From: Eledone cirrhosa
Lineage: Eukaryota
Direction: 5' to 3'
Assembly (NCBI GenBank): GCA_964016885.1
Contig: OZ024748.1
Coordinates: 43,586,001 to 43,650,000 of the forward strand
Length of the DNA stretch: 64,000 nt
The notes below the pieces were generated by a model. That model saw nothing but the letters and a program-made list of their open reading frames with translations, was not told where the DNA came from and did not search any database. Positions 22,935 to 34,547 of this stretch are shown in pieces (position 1 is the first letter of the stretch; every line of letters begins with the position of its first letter). The position numbers and the translations under genes were made by a program.

Positions 22935-25770
22935 CATCATCATCACCATTTTACGTCCGTTCTTCCACGCTAGCATGGGTTAGATGGGTTGTCCTGTTGT
23001 GGGCAGTGTCTGGTCGGCTGACCATGCTTTGCTCATACAGGAACTGATTTGGCCTGATTTCTACAGCTGGATGCCCTTCCTAACACCAACCTCATTTACA
23101 GTGAGTGCTGGGTGCTTTTTCGTGGCGCCTACACGTCCACTTTACAGTGTGGGCTGGGTGCTTTTTTGCCGTGGCACCTCCATGACCACCTTGCAGTGGG
23201 AGGGTGTGGGAGCATATTGTCTATATGCTTCAGCTTGTACCCATGGGAGGTCGGGTACTCTGTATTACTGCGTGACGCCAGAGGTCACGGTCGTGTGTCA
23301 TCGCCTTGGAGAGGTGTAATTGGGTAAGGTTGGCTTTTATCACCTCATCCCAGGTCATCTTGTGTCTCCCCACTCCGCGGTTTCCATCGACTTCTAGTGC
23401 TCTGCACCTTTTTATGCAGTTGTCATCCTTCACATGCATCACATGTCCATACCAACGCAACCGCCTCTCCTGCACACAGCATTTGATTCCTCTTATGCTC
23501 AGCCTCTCTCTCAATTCATTCATGCTTTGTCGGTCGCGTATATTACTATTACACATCCATCGGAGCATGCAGGCTTCATTTCTCTCTAATCTACATAAGT
23601 CTTCCACCTTCAGCGCCCAGGTCTCACTACCATGTAACGCATCTAACAGTCTGCCTTTCATTTTGCAGCTAGCAGTGGCAGTAGTTCCCTGAACTTCTTC
23701 CATCCCGTTCTTACCCTAGTTATAGTACTTTCCAAACACCTCCGCTGCTAATTCGGTCACCTAGGTAGCAGAAGCTGTCTACTGTCTCTTCAGAGCCCTC
23801 CCAGAGATTGGTGGTACTTGTTTCCTGTGGCTGTTTGCTGCTTGCTGTCCCAGTACAGCTGCTGCATGTGAAGCCTACATTCTTAATTAAGCTTCCTGAG
23901 ATCCCGCTACATCTCTTGTGTACCCATTGTTTGCATTTGGGGCAGAGAATGGAGTTCCTACCTACACCTTTCCTACATACTGAGCAAGGCCATTTCCCTG
24001 AGGTGATCTGGGTTCTGTTTTCTAGTCTACTTACAAGGACCTTAGTCTTTGTCATGTTGACTTTGAGACCCTTTCTTTCTAGTCCCTGCTTCCAAGTTTG
24101 GAATTTCTTCTCTAGTTCTACCATAGATTCAGCTATAAGTGCGAGGTCATCAGCATACAGGAGTTCCCATGGGCATCCGGTCTTAAACTCCTCCGTTATT
24201 GCCTGCAGGACTATGATGAACAGGAGAGGGCTAAGAACAGAGCCCTGGTGGACACCAACCTGTACGCTAAATTCCTCGCTATACTCATTGCTAATCCTAA
24301 CTTTAATGACTGCTCCCTTATACATGCCTTGTACAGCTTTCACAAGCCATTCATCTACTCCTAGTTTTCTAAGAGCCCACCAGATTACAGCACGTGGAAC
24401 TCTGTCAAAGGCTTTCTCGAGATCGACGAATGCCAGGTAGAGTGGCTTACTTTTAGCTAGGTACTTTTCCTGTAACTGCCTCACAAGGAAGAGGGCATCA
24501 GTGGTGCCTCTTCCTGGTACAAACCCAAATTGCATCTCATCTAGTTTCACCCGGTCCCTAATCAACTGTGCTATAACTCTTTCTGTTACTTTCATGACCT
24601 GGTCCATCAGCTTTATACCTCTATAGTTTCCTCTATCGAGTGCATCACCTTTACCTTTGTAGCAGTTGACAATGATGCTACTGCACCAATCTTTTGGTAT
24701 GACACCTTCTAGTGTTACCTGGTTAACAATACGTGTGGTTATAGTGTGACCTACAGACCCAGATGCCTTCAGCATCTCGGCAGCTATACCCGATGGACCG
24801 GTTGCCTTCCCCATCTTCATATCTTTGATTGCCTTACTTACTACGCTGCTACTGACTTGTACTGCTGGCCCCTCTATAGGGTCTACTTGGGGTAGGGTTT
24901 CTTCTTCCCATGCATTCTCCTCATTTAGTTATCTATCATAATGACTCTTCCATGCATCTTTCTTCTCAGCACTTGTGAGGGCAAGCTCACCTTTATCATT
25001 CTCGATATACTTCTCTCCAATGACATCACAATTCTCTCTGACACACTGCCTCGCAATCTTGAACACCTCCTGTTTCTGATCCTCTCATTGCAAAACATGC
25101 TTGAATTTTCTATCCTCTGCTTTCCTCCTAGCTAAGTATACTTGTCGCCTAGCTTCCCTCTTGGTCTCTATGTAATGTACTCTGCTCCCCCTGTTCTTCC
25201 ATTCTTTCCATGCCTGTCTCTTGGCCTTAACTGCCTCATCTACCTTATTGTTCCACCACCAGTCACTCTCCTCCTGCTTGTGGTCTTACTCCAGCCACAG
25301 ACCTCATCCGTCGCCTCTAGTAAGTTATTTTTTAGGAACTCCCAGTGCTCTTCTACATTGAATGTCTCTATCTGTTCTCTACTGTCGTAGGCGTTGAGTA
25401 AAATATCTTTAAATCTGTTACTGGCTGAGAGGTCTTTCAGCTTCCAGATCTTTCTTCTCCAGGTTGGCCTCTGTTTCCAGGTTCTGACCGTGAGGTCGCT
25501 GACAACTAAGCTATGTTGGGAGGTACATTCCTCACTAGGGAAGGCTTTTGTGTTTACGACCGTCCATCTGTAACGTCCTCTGATGAGGATAAAATCTATC
25601 TGACTAGAATGCTCCCCTGATCTATAGGTGATCAGGTGGTTGTCGGGTTTTTTTAAGTTTGTGTTACATATCGACATGTCATTGGCGTCGCAGAATTCTA
25701 GAAGTCTGAATCCTTCTTCATTTCTTGTACCAACCCCATGGCCTCCATGGACTCTATTGAAGCCGTCACA
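22935..25770 (-). mobile_element. RTE LINE, second subfamily, 5'-truncated within APE, multiple frameshifts and stops
   Basis: ORFs 25240-25821 (APE), 23720-24820 (RT + PHD) and 23230-23703 (C-terminus); 3'UTR differs from the first subfamily. Confidence 0.93.
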
Positions 25771-25774
25771 GCTT

Positions 25775-26046
25775 CCAGACAGCTTCCAAAAATAATGGTC
25801 GCTTCTAATAGGGTACGTCAAAATTATTTATAAAACTGTTTATATATTGTATTTTATCTGACGAAGGCATGCCATATTTTAATATGGTATCCCTGAAATA
25901 TGTATAATGAAATAAATATGGTTTTATAAATATAGTTTCCATTTATTTAATATCGTATATCTACTCCAAAAACTTGTCGAGTGCTTTATATCAGTTATAA
26001 AATATTTACTTGTTGTATCCCAACAATTTTAAATAAAACTTTTGCA
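25775..26046 (+). mobile_element. Solo Penelope-type terminal fragment carrying a hammerhead, ending at (TA)n
   Basis: Hammerhead at 25850-25914; abuts the truncated RTE and a TA tract. Confidence 0.65.
25850..25914 (+). ncRNA. Type I hammerhead ribozyme
   Basis: tattttat-CTGACGA-aggcatgccatat(ttta)atatggtatccct-GAAA-tatgta-TA-atgaaata; distal stem I extension tatttataaaac/gttttataaata. Confidence 0.85.
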
Positions 26047-26050
26047 TATA

Positions 26051-26133
<83 letters not shown>

Positions 26134-26388
26134 ATTTATATATATATATATATATTTTACTGTCATTTCTATAATACGAAGAGGGTGTTTAACTCCAACA
26201 CGCTCCAGTATTTTAATCCTTATATATATATATATATATGTATATGTATATATATATATATTTATATATGTATATATATATATTTATATATGTATATATA
26301 TATATATATTTATATATGTATATATATATATATTTATATATTAATGAAAAAGAACAAAGGAACTATTATGACATTATAACAAGTTTAT

Positions 26389-26435
26389 TGCCGACAGCCG
26401 TTTCGTCCGACCATATGGTGGGACTTTTCAAGGCA
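26389..26435 (-). ncRNA. Minimal type I hammerhead ribozyme with U3-A8 covariant core
   Basis: Minus strand: tgcc-TTGAAAA-gtcccacca(ta)tggtcggac-GAAA-cggctg-TC-ggca; GUC site. Confidence 0.78.
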
Positions 26436-27740
26436 TATAACATGTGATTGTAAGTTCATTATTTACATCAACGTATCACTCAAGACTAGCAGTTTGAAAT
26501 TGTGGTATACATCAGCAGATCCGTTTATATATTTTGGGTCTATATTCTAAGGGGGCTCTTTTATATTAGTTGTCGGAATTGTAAAAGGGATGGGTTATGG
26601 GGAGTTAAGAGAATTTGAAAAGGGCCTAAGAGTCAGGGATTGAAGGTTAAAAATTAGATAATTTTATAATTTACGCATTAAAAGTAGAAGACTTGGGATC
26701 TCGTAGAAGCACCTTAAAAAATCCCTCAATAAGTGCATAAAGCTTACAAGCCCCAATAAACCTAACAAACTAGAAGAGATTAAGAGACTAATAAAATAAA
26801 AAAATAAAGATATAAAGTTTCCCTAAAAAAATATAAAGTTTCCTAAGAAGTTCCTTCGAGAGAAAAAAAATTTTTTTCGAAAGAAAAAAACTTTCTTCCC
26901 CAGAGATCACGTTAAAAAATTTCAGAAAATTTACGAAGTTTTGATAATCCCTACTAAGTTGAAAGGAACTAATCAATTAAAGGTTAATTCAAAAAGCCTT
27001 CAACAAACCCCTCAGAAAAGGCCCCTTTAATATTTTTAATAGGAACCTCCTCCGAGAGACCCTTCGAAGAATTAAAATTTTAGAGAGCCTTTAAGGATAT
27101 ATATAAACGAATTGAGGAAAATTATAAATTAAAAGTAAAAATTACGGTATTTGGGATATCCGAGGAATTTTCAAAGGGCTGCTTCAACAGATACAACTTA
27201 GGTATAATAGATAAAATAATTTAAGTAATTTAATTAGGGAGCAATTCAAAGAGCTTATCAAGTTGGGCAAGATTAAAGAAAATGATAAGTAAGAAAATAC
27301 ATAAGCAAAAAGACAATAATTATAAAATGTACTTTTAAAAGACAATAATTATAAAATGTACTTTTAAAAGACAATAATTATAAAATGTATTTTTAAGAAG
27401 GTATAAGGTAGCTTCAGTAATCTAATAATGTACTATCAAAAAATTATTATAAAATTATCACGAAATTATTATAAAATTATTATAAAATTATTACAAAATT
27501 ATCATAAAACTATTGATACAGGATTAAAAAATTACTATAAAATTATTGATACAGGATTAACAAAGACATAATAATATATTCCTGCCTAATTAACAAAAAA
27601 TCAATAAACAATTAACAGTCAAGCAAAATTAGCTCAGGCATATCCCGCTCTCGGATACTTTACACACATACAGCATCACATATGATTAACAAAGACATAA
27701 TGGTATACTCCTGCCTAATTAACAAACAATCAATTAACAA

Positions 27741-27852
27741 TTGATAGTCAAGAAAATGTACTCAGGGATATCCCACGCATGGATACTTTACAGGATATCC
27801 TGTAAAGTATCCGTGCGTGGGATATCCCTGAGTACATTTTCTTGACTATCAA
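27741..27852. repeat. 112-bp near-perfect palindrome, no spacer
   Basis: ttgatagtcaagaaaatgtactcagggatatccc...caggat|atcctg...gggatatccctgagtacattttcttgactatcaa; one mismatch. Confidence 0.95.
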
Positions 27853-28379
27853 TAAAATTTTAGGATAAATGTGTTAGTGAGAAATACCAATCTTATTTAA
27901 AACATAAGGAATTTAGATCTATAAAAAGAAATTAAATTAATTTAATTGATAGGTATACTTATAGGGATAAATTTATATTAATTCATATAGATGTGATAAA
28001 TAAGAGTTAGATGTTATTAAAGAATGTTGTTAAAAACGAAGGAAAAAAATTTGGGGATAAATGTATTAGTGAGAAATAACAAATTTATATAGACTACAAG
28101 GAATTTAGATTCATAACAGGAAATTAAAATAGTTTATATGTATACTTAGAAAAGAGAGCTGTAAAAGGTAAATAACATGATGAAGTTCTCAGTAGTAAAA
28201 TACTAATTATAGGTTAACTAAATTAAAGAAAACCTAATTATAATAATTTGTAAAATATAAGTGTAAGGTGTATTAATTAGATTTATAATATTTGAAAGTT
28301 CTTCTAATTCTATGATTGCATGATATAATTAATTCTTGTCGCTTATTTAATAGGATATCTTTAGATTTCATTATTTCAA

Positions 28380-28570
28380 AGGGCGGTGGATTGGCAGTAT
28401 CGGTAGAGGGTCGGACGCCATGCTTTGACGCATAGAGTTACGGCCCTTGCCATTCTGAGTTCAAATCCCGCCGAGGTTAACTTTGCCTTTCATCCTTACG
28501 GGGTCGATAAAATAAAGTACCAGTAATGAACTGGGTAATTGCTGGCCTTGTGCCAAAAGTAGAAACAATT
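28380..28570 (+). mobile_element. tRNA-derived SINE inserted antisense into the end of the Penelope GIY-YIG domain
   Basis: A-box-like TGGCAGTATCGG, B box GAGTTCAAATCCC, core tttgcctttcatcc..ggggtcgataaaataaagtaccagt. The PLE ORF runs into it after ELFEII. Confidence 0.82.
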
Positions 28571-30455
28571 ATTTCAAAAAGTTCCTGGGAACATAATCTA
28601 CACTCATATCTGTTATTTTGATAAGGGGTGGCCCTTTTGAGCACACTCCAGGTCAGGTTGTAATCGATATTCTTTTTTCTATAATTATTAATTATTTCAG
28701 CCAAGGATGTTGTATTAGCTAATGCGGCATTTTTAAAACTGTGTTTGTGGGTATTAAATCTTACTTTAAACTGGTTAGAAGTAGCTCCTATATATGAATA
28801 AGTTGAGTCCTTGGTATATAAATGTAAAATTAGCACTATGTTATTAATAAGACAATTTCCTTTTAATGGGCAATTTTCTTTGTTTCTACAGTTACAGCCA
28901 TTCGTGAATATTATATCAGGGGAGTTAGTCAAATTTGGTGTGGAATTTATTCGACTTGTTATATGTGAAGGAGATGGTGGTTTGTTGCAGTTTATTTTAG
29001 TATTATGGTTAGTTTGATGTGTTGGTGGTATATTCATGGTTTTTTTACATTTATATACATTGTAGGCACTTATATTTTGTTGTACATTTTTGGTAGTGGA
29101 GTAGGAACATTTGACAGTTGATCTATTTAAAATTTGATGGTATTTATGGATTGGTGGGAAGTTTTTCTCTAGGATAGTAAAAAATTTGTTAGGGATATTA
29201 TCTTTAATTTGTAGATTAAATGGAGCATTATACCAAGTAACTCGTCTATTACGGTTTCGATGTTGTTTTTTATATTTATACGATGTATCAGGATGTTGAC
29301 TAAGAGAGTTAGTATTAGTGAATTTGTTATATATAGGTTTAGTTAGATTAACTGATTTAGGTGTTTTAGTCTGATTATTAGGAATTTTGTTAGTAATGTT
29401 ATTAACGGATATTGGAGTATTAGGATGAATGGTTTTTTGAGAGTTATTATATTGTATGTGAGAGGAGGTAGAGAAATTAAGTTTTAAGTTGGTATTTTGG
29501 GGTATAGTGTGAGTGGCATTTAGGTGTGTGTTTTTCATTTGGTGTTTGTTGGTAATATTGGGTTGTACGTTTGAGGTATTATTGGTACAAGGTATATAGA
29601 CTAATTTGTTTGTGTGGCCGCTTCTAGCTAAAGCTTCGTTATAAAAGGTCGCATTTTTATCGAATACATCCTGGTTAGATGAAAGGTTAGAAATTCTGAG
29701 TGAGATATTATATGCTAGGTTTTTAAGGATAGATCTAGGGTGATTGGATTGTGAGTGTATGTAATGTAAGTTTTGGTTAGGTTTATGGTAAGGTTGGTAG
29801 ATACCCGTAGATAAGTCTAAAGTTATATCAAGGAAATTAACTACTTTACTGGTGTTTTCAAATGTAATAGTGAGACTATAATAGTCTTTGAGGAAAGTTC
29901 TAATAAGTTTTTTATTTTTTTCAATTTCTGATATGCTAAGGTTAGTGGAAAGAAGAAGACAGTCATCACGATATAAACCACCTTTAAGGTGGGGAAAAGA
30001 AGCATTTATGTTAAATAGAATAAAGAGGCCCACAAGATCGGTAATTTGGGCAGAATCACTAGAGCCCATAGTAATGTCGAATAGATTACTATATGTATTT
30101 CTGGTCCAGTATTCCTTCTGAAATTCCAGTAGTGTTTGTCTAGCGTGCGTGATAATATTAATGTCATCCATAGTTAAGTTTGATCTATTTTTGGCAAATA
30201 TCAAGGCTTTGTTCAGTGGGTGATATAGAGGGATAATAAGCATCTATATCGAATTGTAGAAATGAAGCAGATGATTTATTTCTAATATTAATAAACCAGT
30301 TAATTACCTGGGATGTGTTTTCCCAGAGTGGTAAATTAACATGTTTTCTTAATTGTGGGATGACTCTGTCTAAAAATTTTTTACTAATGATGCCAATGTC
30401 AGATTTGGAAGGGCATATAATTCTTATAGAAGGATTAGAGTTAAAGTTAGAAGGA

Positions 30456-33051
30456 ACTGTTTTTGTTTTTATTCATTGTTTTTATTAATTTATGTATAGA
30501 TATCACAATGGGTGCTTCCGATTCATCGCAATTGACTGATTTAATTGGTATTTTTATTTTGAATTCTTTAAATCGGAAAATTCCTCAACTTCGCGGTGGA
30601 ATTTATCGTGACGATCGACTTTTTACTATCTTAAATTGCAACTTAGTTAACCTTAATATTATTAAGAACAATATACGTGATCTCTTTAAGCAACATAACC
30701 TTAAAATTGAATTTGATAACAACGTCAAACTAGCTAACTTCTTGAATATATCCCTTAATCTTGACACTGGCCTATATTACCCTTACCATAAAAACAATGA
30801 GAATCTAAATTATGTTAATTTTAAATCTAACCACCCCACTAACATTAAAAATGCTATAGTCAGTAATATTGGAAAAAGAATATCAAACCTATACTCTAAT
30901 AAAAAAAATATCTTCGATGCTAACGCCAATTACTATAATAATGCGCTTTCTAAAGCCGGTTATCCTGATAAAATTAAATACAGTAAAGAAACCAATCCTA
31001 GAAGGTCTTACAGTAAAATAATTAATTATGATCATTCCAATAACTTAAAAGACCTAGATACAAAAATATAATCTGGTATAATGCTCCTTTCTCTATTTCT
31101 ATTAATAATAATATTCCTAAACTATTCTTTAGGGCCTTAGATAAATGCTTCCCTCCCTCACATATCTATAGTAAAATCTTTAACAAACATACAATAACAT
31201 TTTCTTATTCCACCTCTTCCAACATCACTAACATTATCTCTAAACACAACAATAAAATATTAAATATTAAATCACATCCTTCCAACACTGAGCGTCATAA
31301 TAATAGCAGTACTACTCCCGACGTCATTGTTAACTCTAGGCTAGATTCTGTAAACTCAAATACCATGTCAAACGTAACTTCGTTGAATGTTCATATTACC
31401 AATCTAAATCAAGAAACTATTATTCCTATCGTAAATAACTTCTCCAATTCAATTCCTCCTATAAATAACCCTAGGTCACTTGTTAATAACTCTGTTAATT
31501 TCTCTAATCATAATTGTAATTGCCCTGTTAGAACTAAATGTCCTCTCAATAACCATTGTCTTGATAAAAACTTAGTCTATGAATATAAGGTTATAACTGA
31601 TACCAATTCCTTTACCTATTTCGGTTCCACTTCCACCTCCTTCAAAGCTAGATTTTATAATCACAATTCGTCTTTTAAATACCAACTTAAAAGAACTAAC
31701 ACGCACTCTCAGAACTCATATGGTCCTTGAAAGACAAAAATATTAACTATAACATCTCTTGGAGAAAAGTTTGTTCTGCCTCTCCCTACTTGAATGCCTC
31801 CCTATCCAGAACATGTAATCTTTGCCTAGCTGAGAAATTTACCATTATATCTAATTTCAATTCTATAATAAATAGATGCACGGATTTATTTTCTCTCTGC
31901 TTGCATAAATTCCACTGAACATTCCATAAAGTATACATCTAATATCTAATACCTTGCTAGTTTAAAATCCTTTTAAAAATATACCCATCTTTCTACCTTA
32001 TTTTAATATTATTTATTATATATTATATAATACAAGTTACTCATTCTATATCATTCCTCTTTATCCCTTTCCTTTCTTCCTCTTTTCTTTTTAATTTCTA
32101 ACCTCTAATCTGTACTTTTTCTTCCTAACTACTTCTCAATTCTTATTATTAATCACCATAACATTATCCATTCTTCCATCTTTCCTCATATCATTGGCCA
32201 TAAACATTATTAGTTTTTTAATACATTATAGTATTACCTTTAATAGTCTTTCGTAAGCATAAACATTTTCTTTTTTTGCGTTAGATTTTTCTTCCTTAAA
32301 TTTCTCTTATCTCATCCTTTCATGCTCGTTTGACTTTTACATATTTTAATACAAAAACAAACTTAAACTAACTAATTTCTCTTAATAAATTATATTATTA
32401 CCATTAGAAAATATTTCGTAAACATATATATTTTTTGATGTTAGATATTTTCTTCCTTAAACATTCTTTTCATCTTTGCCTTCTGCGCTCATTTTTAAAC
32501 AAACTATTTCCGTACACATATTACGCACACATATTACATTACATAAAAACAAATTTAAACCCTAACTAATTCCTCTAAATTCATAACTCATTCATTCTTC
32601 TCCTTCTTTTCACATTATATCCTTAAAAACATTAATATTTATATTTTAATAATATATATTAATAATTTCTTTTCCTCGCACATATTATCAAACCCTTCAA
32701 TATACAAACCTTAATTTAATATTATTCTTAATTCCTTTTTCTCTTCATGCATAATAAACCTCATTAACTTTTAATTTCAAATTCTTTTAAATTATCTATT
32801 ATCTTCCAACGGCTTTTTAACTTCTCTCTGTGAAACAATATATTTTTTTTCTCAGTTGTAAAGGCTATCTCTCTCTCTCTATCACCCATCTCTCCTCCTC
32901 TCGCATCCTTCCTTCTTATACTCCTCCCTCACCATTCTTTACTCTCATCTCCTTTTATCTGATGAGAACGCAGATATCATCCCATGATGATATTTGTTTT
33001 TGAAATGCGCATAATAAAATACTTGGAACTCTTTTAACCATCTTTTGATCT

Positions 33052-33060
<9 letters not shown>
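30456..33060 (+). mobile_element. Penelope-like element (Naiad-like), 5'-truncated and frameshifted, with 3' region and hammerhead, ending at (TA)n
   Basis: DITMGASDSSQLTDLIG, GIYRDD, SNHP, CNCPVRTKCPL, YFGST..FKARFYNH, CNLCLAEK. Confidence 0.9.
32953..33019 (+). ncRNA. Minimal type I hammerhead ribozyme
   Basis: ttttat-CTGATGA-gaacgcagatatcat/atgatatttgttttt-GAAA-tgcgca-TA-ataaaa; palindromic stem III. Confidence 0.85.
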
Positions 33061-33138
<78 letters not shown>

Positions 33139-33409
33139 CATATGTATACATATATATACATATGTATATATATGTATATATATGTATATATATATGTATA
33201 TATATGTATATATATATATATATATGTATAAATATATATATGTATATATATGTGTATATATATGTATAATATTTAAAGGTTAAACAAGGTTCAATGAATA
33301 AATCAAAGAATGAGTTTTACAATAGATTGGAAGCAATCAACTGGTATTGTTTTTGAAATGCGCATAATAAAATACTTGGAACTCTTTTAACCATCTTTTG
33401 ATCTTATAT

Positions 33410-33477
<68 letters not shown>

Positions 33478-33605
33478 CATATGTATACATATGTATATAT
33501 ATATATATGTATACATATGTATATACATATGTATACATATGTATATATATATATATATATGTATATATATGTATATATATATATATGTCTCTATATATAT
33601 ATGTC

Positions 33606-33654
<49 letters not shown>

Positions 33655-33655
33655 G

Positions 33656-33703
<48 letters not shown>

Positions 33704-33775
33704 TATGTATATATACATATATATGTATATACATATGTATACATATGTATATATATATGTATATATATATATATG

Positions 33776-33844
<69 letters not shown>

Positions 33845-33845
33845 G

Positions 33846-33876
<31 letters not shown>

Positions 33877-33930
33877 GTATATATATGTATATATATATAT
33901 ATATGTATATATATGTATATATATGTATAT
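33056..33930. repeat. Two long (TA)n/(TATG) tracts separated by a duplicated element junction (33268-33410)
   Basis: Direct inspection. Confidence 0.95.
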
Positions 33931-34380
33931 AGTATTAAGGATACTATTTATGGTTATGTATATACTAAAACCTTTTATAGTTATATATATTTTAAACCCT
34001 AAACAGTGAAAGATAGTAATTTATTACTACCTTATTACCAGTAAGATAAGTAGCTTAAAGTGCTTGTATTGCATATAACACCTTGCCGCACAATAATCTT
34101 ATATAAATAAGACACACGTGCATGCCCCACGTGTAACTATTGCATGCACTAACTACTTCAACTGACTAACAAACTATCCTCTTGCATTATCTTCGTAAAC
34201 TGCCGATGTTGTATTTTAACTTTAATTTTGTTTTAATATGATTTTAATTTTTGAATTTAAATTGCTATGCAAAGATATTATAATGGATGTTACCCCACTG
34301 TGCATCGATATATATATATATGTATCTGAATGTCTCTTGTGTTGGAAAGGAGGTCATGTATGTAAACAATCATTGAAAAA

Positions 34381-34430
34381 TTGCTCCGAAGACTCCAAAC
34401 CTCGGTTTGGACGAAACAATTGTAAACTAA
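34381..34430 (+). ncRNA. Degenerate type I hammerhead (CCGAAGA core)
   Basis: CCGAAGA-ctccaaac(ctcg)gtttggac-GAAA-caattg-TA; stem I imperfect; TA tract about 40 nt downstream. Confidence 0.6.
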
Positions 34431-34512
34431 TAAATGGTTTGAACAGAACTTTGATTCATGTGATTTTTATATATGTATAAATATATATATGTATAAATAT
34501 ATATATGTATAA

Positions 34513-34544
<32 letters not shown>

Positions 34545-34547
34545 GTA

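Larger units (their letters stand above)
26342..30455 (-). mobile_element. Penelope-like element (Naiad-like): RT-linker-CxC-GIY-YIG at 28570-30455, probably with a long AT-rich 3' region to the hammerhead at 26389
   Basis: 588-aa ORF with FDITMGSSDSAQITDLVG, GLYRDD, VNFLD, SNHP, WYNAPF, CNCRNKENCPL, YIGAT, FKVRFNTH and CRLC. Assignment of 26342-28379 to the element is inferred. Confidence 0.85.
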
